A stretch of DNA of 64,000 nt from Rubrivivax sp. (GTDB taxonomy: Bacteria; Pseudomonadota; Gammaproteobacteria; Burkholderiales; Burkholderiaceae_C), in the NCBI GenBank assembly GCA_021300575.1, contig JAJTDM010000011.1:38465-102464 (forward strand), read 5' to 3'. Shown in pieces: positions 23,214 through 32,128 of the stretch; the stretch's first letter is position 1; the number at the start of each line of letters is the position of its first letter. The position numbers and the translations under genes are program-made. The notes under the pieces are model-generated. The model was not told the DNA's origin. It saw only the letters and a program-made list of their open reading frames with translations, and ran no database searches.

Positions 23214-24166
23214 TTGGCCTGCTCCATGAGCAAGTAGGTGTTGTAGGCGTTCATCCGGTTGGCCACGCTGAACAGCGGCAGCTTCTCGAAGCGCGACCAG
23301 TCGGTGCGCGCATAGGCTTCTTCGAAGGGGTCCATGTTGCGCGCGGCTTCGCCCATGGTGCGCCGCAGGTGCAGCAGGTAGTCACGCGTCAGTTGCAGAT
23401 CATCGCGCACTCGGTCGGAGACCGGGCCGTGACCCGGCACCACCACCTGCGCGTCAAAACCCAGCAGCGTGTCGAGGGCCTGCACCCAGTGCGCGCTGTC
23501 GGCCTGGCCCACGAAGGGAATGCGGCCCCTGAACACCAGATCGCCAGCAAACAGCACCCGGCGCTGCGGCAGCCAGACGGCCAGGTCTTCCGGCGTGTGC
23601 GAAGGGCCCACCGGGTGCAGCTCCAGGGTGGTGTCGCCCACCTGCAAGGTGGCGGGGCCGTCGATCCACCGGTCGGCCGTCACCAGCCGCGTCTTCTCGT
23701 CCACCCAGGGGAAGAGCTCTTCCCGGCTGGCGGCCAGGCGCTGCTGTGCGGTGTCGGAGTTCAGGTACAGGAGAGCCTGGCGATGTGCCACGACGCTCGC
23801 GCCTTCGTCCTTGAAGACCTGCAGGCCGTAGATGTGGTCGGCGTGGTAATGGGTGACGATCACGTGTGTCACCGGCAGGGGGGTCACGCGGGCAATTTCG
23901 GCGCGCAACTCGCGTGCCAGTTCGGGCGAACCCAGCGCATCGATCACCACCACACCCGTGGAGGTGACGACGAAGCCCGCGTTGGAGATGAAGTTGCGGT
24001 TGGCTGAAGAGCCCAGCGCCGACAGGCCCTGCACCATCCAGATACCCGGTGCCACAGGCAGCGCCTGCGGTCGGTTGGCTTCATGGGCAGCGACGGCGGA
24101 CCCGGCCACCCCCAGCAAGCCCAGCATCAGGGCAAACACCGAGAGAACCTGTTTCAACATCAGCAT
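23210..24166 (-). CDS. periplasmic MBL-fold metallo-hydrolase (SoxH-like)
   Basis: Signal peptide and the THYHADH metal-binding motif. 318 aa, located in the sox locus. Confidence 0.8.
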   Translation of the reverse strand: MLMLKQVLSVFALMLGLLGVAGSAVAAHEANRPQALPVAPGIWMVQGLSALGSSANRNFISNAGFVVTSTGVVVIDALGSPELARELRAEIARVTPLPVTHVIVTHYHADHIYGLQVFKDEGASVVAHRQALLYLNSDTAQQRLAASREELFPWVDEKTRLVTADRWIDGPATLQVGDTTLELHPVGPSHTPEDLAVWLPQRRVLFAGDLVFRGRIPFVGQADSAHWVQALDTLLGFDAQVVVPGHGPVSDRVRDDLQLTRDYLLHLRRTMGEAARNMDPFEEAYARTDWSRFEKLPLFSVANRMNAYNTYLLMEQAK

Positions 24167-24391
24167 GTGTTGATATTACGATATTCAACGTCGGGCAAGT
24201 TCGATCCCCGCGGTCTGTCCATCACACGGGCTGCGGGCCGTTGGACAGCTGCTTTGTCCGAGAAAACGATGATGACGTTGCGGTGCCCACGCAGTTCAAA
24301 TCAGGCGCTTCACACACAATCTAAAATCGGCAGCGCCGGCGACTTGAATCGCCCGGTTGCCCAACCAAGACCATCAACGAGGAGAAGCACG

Positions 24392-24736
24392 ATGCAGATT
24401 TCTGTCCGCACTGCGCCCAAGCTGTCTGTCTGGGCAGGGGTGCTTGCACTGGCTTCGGCCGCTGCGCAGGCCCAGGCCCCCGCGCCCAACCCGCATCTGG
24501 CCCGTAACCTGGCGGCCACCTGCGCCAACTGCCACGGCACCAACGGCAACGCCCGCGGCGAGATGAAGTCTCTGGCGGGTACGCCCGCGGAGCGCACGGT
24601 GGCGCTGATGACCTACTACAAGACCACCCCTCAGCCCCAGGGCGTGACGATCATGCACCAGATCGCCAAGGGCTACACCGATGAACAGATCAAGCTGATC
24701 GCGGGCTTCTTTGCCGCCCAGCAGCCCCGGAAGTGA
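24392..24736 (+). CDS. flavocytochrome c sulfide dehydrogenase, cytochrome subunit (FccA/SoxE-like)
   Basis: GGAGA RBS at 24381 and ATG at 24392. Signal peptide and a CANCHG haem motif. Immediately precedes the flavoprotein gene. Confidence 0.8.
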   Translation: MQISVRTAPKLSVWAGVLALASAAAQAQAPAPNPHLARNLAATCANCHGTNGNARGEMKSLAGTPAERTVALMTYYKTTPQPQGVTIMHQIAKGYTDEQIKLIAGFFAAQQPRK

Positions 24737-24747
24737 GGAGATCCGCC

Positions 24748-26034
24748 ATGTCACAACGATTTCACAGCGAACTCTCCCGCCGCCGTCTGCTGGGCGCAGG
24801 TGCTGCCTTGTCCGGCCTTGCCCTCACCGGCTGCGCCGGCATGTCCAGCGGTCCGTCCATCGGCCGTGTGGTGGTGGTGGGCGGCGGTTTTGGCGGCGCC
24901 ACGGCGGCCCGCTATCTCAAGATGTGGGGCGGCAACGTCGACGTAACGCTCGTCGAGCGCAACACCAGCTTCGTGTCTTGCCCGATCAGCAACATGGTGC
25001 TGGGCGGCCACAAGCAGATGGGTGACATCACCCGCGGCTACGACGGCCTCAAGGCCATGGGTGTGAAGGTGGTGCAAGGCGACGTCACCGCCGTTGATGC
25101 GACGGGCAAGAAGGTGCGGCTGGCCGGTGGCGGCGAGCTGGCCTACGACCGCCTCATCGTCTCGCCGGGCATCGACTTCATGTACGAGCAGGTCGGTGGT
25201 CTGCAAGCCGCGGTGGACAGCGGGCGCATCACCCACAGCTGGAAGGCCGGCCCACAGACCGTGGCCTTGCGCAAACAGCTGGAGTCCATGCGTGATGGCG
25301 GCGTGTTCGCCATGTCGATTCCCCGGGTGCCCTACCGCTGCCCCCCTGGCCCGTACGAGCGGGCCTGCATGGTGGCCAGCTATCTGAAGACGGCCAAGCC
25401 CAGGTCCAAGGTGCTGGTGCTGGACGCCAACCCCGAGATCCAGTCCAAGAAGGCCTTGTTCGAGCGCGCTTTCAAGCAGCACTATGACGGCATCATCGAG
25501 TACCGTGCGAATGCCGAGCTGAAGGAAGTGTCGGGCCTGACGGCCAAGCTGGAGTTCGAGGACGTCAAGGCCGATGTGCTGAACGTCATCCCGCCACAGC
25601 GCGCCGGCGATCTGGCTCGCTCGGCTGGCCTGATCACCGTCAACAACCGCTGGGTGGGCGTGGACTGGCTGACCATGGAGTCCACTGCGGTCAAGGGCGT
25701 GCACATCCTGGGTGACGCCACGTTCTCGGCGCCCGCCATGCCCAAGTCGGGCCACATGGCCAACCAGCACGCCAAGGTGGCGGCTGCGGCCATCATCAAC
25801 CTGCTCAAGGGCGAGGCCGTGAACGCCACCCCGGTGGTGATGAACACCTGCTACAGCTTCGTCACCGCGCGCGACGTGGTGCACGTGGCCTCGGTGCACC
25901 AGTACGACGCCAAGGACAAGACTTTCAAGACCGTGCCGGGATCAGGCGGCGTGTCAACTGCCGCCAGCGCGCAAGAAGGTCTCTACGCCTTGAGCTGGGC
26001 CGACAACATCTGGAACGACATGCTCAACGCCTGA
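24748..26034 (+). CDS. flavocytochrome c sulfide dehydrogenase, flavoprotein subunit (FccB/SoxF-like)
   Basis: Tat signal SRRRLLGAGAAL, FAD fold VVVVGGGFGGATAARYLK, and the conserved CPPGPYERAC redox-active cysteine region. Confidence 0.9.
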   Translation: MSQRFHSELSRRRLLGAGAALSGLALTGCAGMSSGPSIGRVVVVGGGFGGATAARYLKMWGGNVDVTLVERNTSFVSCPISNMVLGGHKQMGDITRGYDGLKAMGVKVVQGDVTAVDATGKKVRLAGGGELAYDRLIVSPGIDFMYEQVGGLQAAVDSGRITHSWKAGPQTVALRKQLESMRDGGVFAMSIPRVPYRCPPGPYERACMVASYLKTAKPRSKVLVLDANPEIQSKKALFERAFKQHYDGIIEYRANAELKEVSGLTAKLEFEDVKADVLNVIPPQRAGDLARSAGLITVNNRWVGVDWLTMESTAVKGVHILGDATFSAPAMPKSGHMANQHAKVAAAAIINLLKGEAVNATPVVMNTCYSFVTARDVVHVASVHQYDAKDKTFKTVPGSGGVSTAASAQEGLYALSWADNIWNDMLNA

Positions 26035-26104
26035 GAGGGCCCCGAGGGCCGGGCGGTTGATGCCCCGGCCCATGGGGCGCCCCTCGCGGTCAGGGCAGAC
26101 CGGC

Positions 26105-26539
26105 TCAGGGCTTGATGTAGGCGTGGCCGGCCACCTGCAATTTGGTCAGCCGCACCACGCCTGAGGGCGTGAACTCGGCCTCTTGGATGAACTGCTCCCT
26201 CTTCAGGTTGCGGTTCCTCAGAGTGATCTCACACACCTCGAACTTGACGCCGCGAGCCACCAGCGCCGCCACCGGCCCGGCGAAGGCGCTGCCGTTGGCA
26301 TCCTTGGCGCCTTCGAGCAGGAAGTCCACGCCGTTGGCATGTGTCACCACGGTGATGCGGGCTGACGGGTCGGTGTCCAGGTGGTTGCGGATGTTGCGCA
26401 GGCCCTTTAGCCCTTGCGTGGCCGCATCGTCGATGTGGTAGGCCACACGGTCCTGCGCCAAGGCCATGGGCGACCAGAGCGCGGCCACGCTGAGGGCTGA
26501 TGCGGCCAGGGCGCCGCGGAGGGTGGTGGTCGAGGTCAT
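26105..26539 (-). CDS. DsrE/DsrF-like family protein with signal peptide
   Basis: 144 aa with a signal peptide. VVTHANGVDFL and FEVCEITL blocks resemble the DsrE-like sulfur-relay fold. Sits downstream of soxB on the same strand. Confidence 0.65.
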   Translation of the reverse strand: MTSTTTLRGALAASALSVAALWSPMALAQDRVAYHIDDAATQGLKGLRNIRNHLDTDPSARITVVTHANGVDFLLEGAKDANGSAFAGPVAALVARGVKFEVCEITLRNRNLKREQFIQEAEFTPSGVVRLTKLQVAGHAYIKP

Positions 26540-26587
26540 GGGTTCATCTCTCCTGCACAGTGATCCGTCAGGCCAAGGGCCCGATGC

Positions 26588-28333
26588 TCAGGCCATGCCC
26601 GGGTTGCCCTGCACGCCTACCAGCTTGGGCGTGTTGATCTTGCGGGCGCTGACCCGCTGCCCGGGGCGGGCCTTGAGCCAGGATTCAACCACGTCCCACA
26701 CGGGCTTGTGGCCGGCCTTGGCTGCCTCTTCGGCCACCGGGGCCCAGCCGGCCACCTTGTAGGTCTTGCCGGCCTCGACAGGCTTGCCGTTCAGGCGCAT
26801 CTCGCTGATGCGTGCGCCCATCTTCTCGCCGGGTGTCATGGTGTATTCGAGCCCGCCCACGCGCACCATGTCGCCGCCTTGCTGGTAGTAAGGGTCGGGG
26901 TTGAAGAGGTTGTCGGCCACGTCTTCCAGCACGGTCTTGATCGTCTCGCCCGTCATGGGGGTCACGGTGGCGTAGGGGTAGGTGATGGCCAACTGGTCCA
27001 TCATCAGCTCCCGCGTGATGGCCTGGCCCGGCAGCAGGCTGGTGCCCCAGCGGAAGCCCGGGCTGAAGGCGATCTCGGCGCCTTGCACCTCCATCAGCGC
27101 ATCACACACCAGTTGGTCCCAGCTGCCGTTGAAGTTGCCGCGGCGATACAGCAGACCGTCGGTGACGGCCAGCGTTTCGTTGAGCTTGGACTCGTAAGGC
27201 GCGCGGATGCGTGTGATCAGCGCTTCCATCTGAGGGTCGGCCTTGAGGAAGTTGCTGAACACGGGCAGCAGCCGGTAGCGGAAGTTCGCCACCTTGCCTG
27301 ACTTGACCTCGAAGTCCATCACGCCCAGGAACTTGCCGTTGCTGCCGGCGTTGGTGACAAGCGTGGTGCCCCCGGGGTTCTTCACCGGAACGGCCACGGG
27401 CACCCCGTCGTGGGTGTGGCCGCCGAAGATGGCGTCGATGCCACGCACGCGGCTGGCCATCTTCAGGTCCACGTCCATGCCGTTGTGGGAAATCACCACC
27501 ACCACCTGCGCGCCCTTGCTGCGCGCCTCGTCCACGGCCTTCTGCATGTCCTCGTCGCGGATGCCGAACTCCCAGTCCGCCACCATGTAGCGCGGGTTGG
27601 CGATGGGCGTGTAGGGGAAGGCCTGGCCGACGATGGCCACCTTCACGCCGTTCATCTCCTTCATCACGTAGGGCTCGAACACCGCGTCACCGAAGTCAGC
27701 GGTCTTGACGTTCTGGGCCACGAAGTCCACGCTGCCCTTGAAGTCCTTGTCGACGATCTCCTTGACCCGCTTCATGCCGTAGGTGAACTCCCAGTGGCCG
27801 GTCATCACATCCACGGTCAGGGCTTTACAGGCGTCCACCATGTCCTGCGCGTTGGTCCACAGCGAGGTGGCCGAACCCTGCCAGGTGTCGCCGCCGTCCA
27901 GCAGCAGGGCCCCAGGCCGGGAGGCCTTCAGGCGCTTGACCAGTGTGGCCAGGTGCGCGAAGCCGCCCACCTTGCCAAAGCGCTGCGCCGAGCGTTCGAA
28001 GTCCAGGTAGGTGTAGGCGTGGGCCAGGGCCGAGCCCGCAGGCACCTGGGCAATCTTGAGCAGGTGTTCACCCACCAGGTGGGGAATCTGCCCTTGCATG
28101 GAGCCGAGCCCCAAGTTGACGCTGGGTTCGCGGAAGAGGATGGGCTTGAGCTGCGCGTGGCAGTCCGTCATGTGCAGGAAGCTGACGAAGCCCGCGCCGC
28201 GGCCCAGCGGCGGCAGGTCGTACAACGCCTCTTCCGCCGTGGCGGCATCGGCTGTGGCGTGACGGGACAAGGTCATGCCCGAGACCGAGGCGGCTCCCAG
28301 GACTTGCAGGAATTCGCGTTTGCTCAGGCTCAC
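26588..28333 (-). CDS. soxB: thiosulfohydrolase SoxB
   Basis: Tat signal SKREFLQVLGAASV. Metallophosphoesterase motifs (HMTDCHA, GGDTWQGS, GHWEF, SHNG, GGHTHD) plus a 5'-nucleotidase-like C-terminal domain. Confidence 0.95.
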   Translation of the reverse strand: MSLSKREFLQVLGAASVSGMTLSRHATADAATAEEALYDLPPLGRGAGFVSFLHMTDCHAQLKPILFREPSVNLGLGSMQGQIPHLVGEHLLKIAQVPAGSALAHAYTYLDFERSAQRFGKVGGFAHLATLVKRLKASRPGALLLDGGDTWQGSATSLWTNAQDMVDACKALTVDVMTGHWEFTYGMKRVKEIVDKDFKGSVDFVAQNVKTADFGDAVFEPYVMKEMNGVKVAIVGQAFPYTPIANPRYMVADWEFGIRDEDMQKAVDEARSKGAQVVVVISHNGMDVDLKMASRVRGIDAIFGGHTHDGVPVAVPVKNPGGTTLVTNAGSNGKFLGVMDFEVKSGKVANFRYRLLPVFSNFLKADPQMEALITRIRAPYESKLNETLAVTDGLLYRRGNFNGSWDQLVCDALMEVQGAEIAFSPGFRWGTSLLPGQAITRELMMDQLAITYPYATVTPMTGETIKTVLEDVADNLFNPDPYYQQGGDMVRVGGLEYTMTPGEKMGARISEMRLNGKPVEAGKTYKVAGWAPVAEEAAKAGHKPVWDVVESWLKARPGQRVSARKINTPKLVGVQGNPGMA

Positions 28334-28428
28334 AATAAGTATCCGCTGATGTTTGAGGTCGGAAAAAGCCCGGACGAACCGGGCTCAGGCAGCGTTGCGC
28401 CTTTGCGCTTCTGCGCTGTTTCGTCGGT

Positions 28429-29076
28429 TCACTGGTTCACGGGTGAGCGTGGGTCCAGCAGCAGCGACATGATGTGGCGGATCTGCTCCTCGTTGAGCAG
28501 GTTCTTGTGGCCAAAGCGCGGCATGTTGGAGCACGCGGCGTAGGCTTTGCTGTTCCACAACTTGGCCCAGGTGTAGTGGATGATCGGCGCCACCGTCTCG
28601 GCCGTCACGTCGGTGATGCCGCGGTTCTTGCCGTAGTTCCACAGTGACGGGCCGATGGTGCCGTAGGAGAGTTCCTTCTTGTCGATCTGGTGGCAGTTGT
28701 AGCAGTTGCCGCCGTTGGCCTTGGGGTCGGCTGAAGCGTCCGTCCAGGTCATGCCGCGGCCGCTCTGGGCGATGCGCTCGCCCTGGACCCAGTGGCCGAA
28801 GTACTGGCCCCCGGTGGGCCACTTCACACTGGCCAGGGCTTCGGCCTGCACGCGCTCGGCCACCTCGTCGGACGGCGCCTTGTCGTCCGAGCAGGCGGAC
28901 TGGCCGAGATCCTGGTTCAGGCGGTCGACCTTGGCGATGCCCTGGTCGCGGAAGGACGTCTGGATGACGCTGCGGGCTTGCTGGTCCAGGCTGGGCGCTG
29001 CCGGGCCGGGAGCGGCGCAGCCGGCCACGACCACGGCGGCCAGCAGACAGCAGGCGGTGATGCTGATGGTTTTCAT
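28429..29076 (-). CDS. soxX: sulfur-oxidation c-type cytochrome SoxX
   Basis: Lipoprotein-type signal (VVVAGC) and NCYNCHQ haem motif. Position between soxA and soxB. Confidence 0.85.
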   Translation of the reverse strand: MKTISITACCLLAAVVVAGCAAPGPAAPSLDQQARSVIQTSFRDQGIAKVDRLNQDLGQSACSDDKAPSDEVAERVQAEALASVKWPTGGQYFGHWVQGERIAQSGRGMTWTDASADPKANGGNCYNCHQIDKKELSYGTIGPSLWNYGKNRGITDVTAETVAPIIHYTWAKLWNSKAYAACSNMPRFGHKNLLNEEQIRHIMSLLLDPRSPVNQ

Positions 29077-29091
29077 GACGATGTCTTTCCT

Positions 29092-29898
29092 TCAGCGCTT
29101 GATGGCAGGTGCGATCGACGCCGCACCCTTCGCGTTCACACCCATGTAGGTGCCCAGGGCGACCGTGACTTCGGAGCCGAAGCCGGGGTAGGGGAATCTC
29201 TGCTGTCGATAGCAATCGTTCAGGCGCAACTGCATGCCCCACATCTCGCCATTGCTCACGCGGTAGGCTGGCCAGGCCGCAAAGCCCACGCCATCCCCGG
29301 GGTTCTTGGTGAGGTTGGGCAGGTCCTGCAGGCGGATGCGCTGGCCGTCCACCGCATGGCAGGCGGCGCAGGAGAAATCGTGCGTGCCGCCGCGGTAGAA
29401 GAAGGCACGCTTGCCGATTTCGAAGCTGCGGCGCTCTTCCGGGTGGGCCTGCGGCAGGTTGAATCGCATGCCCCGGGACTCGGTCGCCACCCAGGTGGCC
29501 AGCGCGGTGACGTTGGCCATCTCACCCTGTCCGAAGCGGGTCTTGGCGATGGCCGCGCCGTCCAGGCCCTGCAGCGTGCTCATGCAGTGCACCAGCCGTG
29601 TTTCCAGGTCCATGACCTTGCCGGTGTCGGCAAAGTAGCGTGGCAACTCCACGAACACGCCCTTGACCACGCCCGGGCCCTTGCCCAGGTCACAGGCCTC
29701 CAGCGAGGCGTTCTTGGGGCCGCGCTTCTGCTTCCACAAGCCTTCCCCCTTGGCCTCGAACAGCTCGGCGGGGTTGCCGTCTTCGAGCAGCTTGCGGTAC
29801 TCGGCAATGCTGTCGGCCGCAGATTTGGCCTGCGCCCAGAGGGTGCCCGCGGCCATGGCAGCGCAAATGGCGATGCCGACGATGGTCAGTTGTCTCAT
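29092..29898 (-). CDS. soxA: sulfur-oxidation c-type cytochrome SoxA
   Basis: AGGAG RBS before the ATG at 29898 (MRQLTIVGIAICAAMA). CAACH haem motif. Position between soxZ and soxX. Confidence 0.9.
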   Translation of the reverse strand: MRQLTIVGIAICAAMAAGTLWAQAKSAADSIAEYRKLLEDGNPAELFEAKGEGLWKQKRGPKNASLEACDLGKGPGVVKGVFVELPRYFADTGKVMDLETRLVHCMSTLQGLDGAAIAKTRFGQGEMANVTALATWVATESRGMRFNLPQAHPEERRSFEIGKRAFFYRGGTHDFSCAACHAVDGQRIRLQDLPNLTKNPGDGVGFAAWPAYRVSNGEMWGMQLRLNDCYRQQRFPYPGFGSEVTVALGTYMGVNAKGAASIAPAIKR

Positions 29899-30007
29899 GA
29901 GTCTCCTCTCGTGGCGGTGATGTGTGATCACCCAGGTTCAAGGGGCGGGTTCTTGGCCCGCCCTCTGGCGTTTTACGTCGTGCGATCCGAATCAACAGGG
30001 CTCAGGG

Positions 30008-30319
30008 TCAGCTCACCGTGGCTTCGTCGGTGCGCTTGTCGCCCTTGTTGTCCACCCAGGTCACCGCGATCTTGTCGCCGGCCTTGGCGCCCTTGACGAA
30101 GAACTGCAGGAACGGGTTCTTCGAGACTGGGGTGCCCCACTCGGCGCTCATGACCTGCTTGCCGTTGTGAAGAGCGGTCACTTCCTGGATGAACCAGGCG
30201 GGAATGGTCTTGCCTGCGGAGTCGCGGCGCTGGCCGGTCTCCATTTCGTGGCTCATCAGCACGCGCACATTGGCCTTGTCGCCAGCCATCTGGGCGCGGA
30301 TGCGCATCGGGTCTGCCAT
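30008..30319 (-). CDS. soxZ: thiosulfate-oxidation carrier protein SoxZ
   Basis: 103 aa, MADPMRIRAQMAGDKANVRVLMSHEMETG, typical SoxZ. Follows soxY. Confidence 0.9.
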   Translation of the reverse strand: MADPMRIRAQMAGDKANVRVLMSHEMETGQRRDSAGKTIPAWFIQEVTALHNGKQVMSAEWGTPVSKNPFLQFFVKGAKAGDKIAVTWVDNKGDKRTDEATVS

Positions 30320-30376
30320 GGTGTTTCTCCTTGCTTGAGGTGTTGGTGCGTGGTTGCGGGGTCGCGGGCCTGGGCG

Positions 30377-30838
30377 TCAGCCGCCGCAGCCACCCAGCGT
30401 GACCTTGATTTCCTTGCCGCTGAACAGCACGCGCCCGTCGCCCATCATGGCCACGGCGAAGACGTTGGACGACTGGCCCATCTTGACCCGGGTGCTGAAG
30501 TTGGCGTCCACGGCGTCGCTCACGTCAAACACGGCCGCCAGCACGCTCGGGTTCTTCTCCACCACGATGGCCATGCGCTTGACGCCGGGCAGGTTGGTGG
30601 AGCAACCCACGGGCACCACGGCGCCGTTCTCTGCGATGTCCGGGCCGGTGAGCGTGATGTCCTTGCTCTCGACGGCGGCGGCACCGCCCAGTGCCTTGAT
30701 GGCTTCGGCCACGGACTTGGCTTCAAAAGCGGCCTTGGTCCAGGCGGCGTGGGCGGCCTGAGGCAGCAGGCCGGCGGTGGCCAGCAGGCCCATCAGGGTG
30801 GCGCTTTGCGCGAGCATCTCGCGGCGATTGGTCTTCAT
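30377..30838 (-). CDS. soxY: thiosulfate-oxidation carrier protein SoxY
   Basis: Tat-like signal MKTNRREMLAQSATLMGLLA and the diagnostic C-terminal GGCGG swinging-arm motif. Confidence 0.9.
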   Translation of the reverse strand: MKTNRREMLAQSATLMGLLATAGLLPQAAHAAWTKAAFEAKSVAEAIKALGGAAAVESKDITLTGPDIAENGAVVPVGCSTNLPGVKRMAIVVEKNPSVLAAVFDVSDAVDANFSTRVKMGQSSNVFAVAMMGDGRVLFSGKEIKVTLGGCGG

Positions 30839-30936
30839 GGGGTTCTCCTTCTGAGCGGGCGGGTTATCGTACTGTTGATCGTGCTGGAAATGGATCTTGT
30901 CGCTTTGACGTTCAAGAATCTGCGGTCGTGGGCGCG

Positions 30937-32112
30937 TTACTTGGCCGCACCGCTGGCCACCCATTGAGCCAACGCCTGGGCGTCAGCCTTTGGAAGGCTC
31001 TGGGCGGGCATGGGAATGGCGCCCCAAGCCCCTGCGGCGCCGCCCACAATCTTGCCACTCAAGTATTCCACCCGGTCGGCACGGCTCGCATACCTCTTGG
31101 CCACTTCCTGCATGGAGGGGCCCAGCACTTTCCTGTCCACGGCGTGGCAGGCCGTGCAATTGTGCTTGGCGAACAGGGCCACCGCGGCGGCTGCCTCCGC
31201 GCCACCTCCTGTGGCTTTTGTGGGCGTAGCGGCTGCAGCCGGCGCTGCCGGCTTGGCCTCAGGCGCTGCAGGGCGTGGTGCGGGGGCTGCGCCGGCGGGC
31301 GGTGCGGGCCTGGTGGTGTCCGCGCCCAGTTGAGCCCCCACGATGCGGTTTTGTTCCGCCAGGTTGCCGTGGGCGTTGCGCGCATGGTCCGGCAGAAAGG
31401 AGGCCACCTTGGCCTCGGTGGCGCAGTCCTTCATGCAGGCCGTGGCCTTGATGTCGGGCTTGCCGCCGTTGCCCAGCCCTTTGCCCGGCCACATGCCGTG
31501 GTCGGTGGTCATGCCGTTGCGATTGGGCATCAACTTCTGCACCTCGGCCATGTTGCGGTCGGACAGGGTGAAGTTTTCGGGTACCACCTCGGCCATGTTC
31601 AGCATGTAGGCCGTCACGGCATAGACCTCGTCGGTCTTCAGGGACTTGGGTGCGTTCCACGGCATGGCGCGGTTGATGTAATCCCACAGCGTGGACAGCG
31701 TGGGCACCTTCATCATGGTGGTGCGGCCCGGGAAGGACTCGTCGGTCAGGCGCTTGACGCGGCCGGTCTTGATGTCGTCCTTGGTGGTGCCGCCGATCAG
31801 GGGCGAGAACACCTCGTTGCTCTCGCCGAACACCCCATGGCAGGAAGCGCACTTGGCCTCCCAGATGTCCATGCCCTGGGCGACGGTGCCGCTGCCCTTG
31901 GGCAGGCCCTTGAAGTCCGGGCGCACGTCGATGTCCCAGGCGGCGATCTCCTTGGGCGTGGCAGCGCGGCCGACGCCAGGGAAGGGGCTGGCCGTCTGGG
32001 CCGCGGCCAGTGTGGTGCAGGCGCCTATCGCCAAGACTGCCAAGGCTGCCAAGGTGCGCTGAACGTGCTGCCAGTTCATGCCGAACATGCCGAACATACC
32101 GAAAGGCCTCAT
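30937..32112 (-). CDS. soxD: sulfane dehydrogenase cytochrome subunit SoxD (diheme)
   Basis: Two haem motifs (CASCHG, CTACHA) directly downstream of soxC. The start is ambiguous (32145, 32112 or 32079). Confidence 0.85.
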   Translation of the reverse strand: MRPFGMFGMFGMNWQHVQRTLAALAVLAIGACTTLAAAQTASPFPGVGRAATPKEIAAWDIDVRPDFKGLPKGSGTVAQGMDIWEAKCASCHGVFGESNEVFSPLIGGTTKDDIKTGRVKRLTDESFPGRTTMMKVPTLSTLWDYINRAMPWNAPKSLKTDEVYAVTAYMLNMAEVVPENFTLSDRNMAEVQKLMPNRNGMTTDHGMWPGKGLGNGGKPDIKATACMKDCATEAKVASFLPDHARNAHGNLAEQNRIVGAQLGADTTRPAPPAGAAPAPRPAAPEAKPAAPAAAATPTKATGGGAEAAAAVALFAKHNCTACHAVDRKVLGPSMQEVAKRYASRADRVEYLSGKIVGGAAGAWGAIPMPAQSLPKADAQALAQWVASGAAK

Positions 32113-32128
32113 CTTCGCGCTGCGGGGA

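Noticed and set aside
24083-24391. Upstream extension of the FccA cytochrome ORF (217-aa version starting at 24083)
   Set aside because: The extension overlaps the SoxH-like gene start and the intergenic promoter region and has no signal peptide. The ATG at 24392 has a GGAGA RBS and is followed immediately by a signal peptide.
32067-32095. Three 9-bp repeats (catgccgaa) that might look like a micro-array
   Set aside because: They lie within the possible 5' extension of soxD and encode FGMFGMFGM if translated. The tract is too short and lacks spacers, so it is not a CRISPR array. It is probably a slippage duplication near the start codon.
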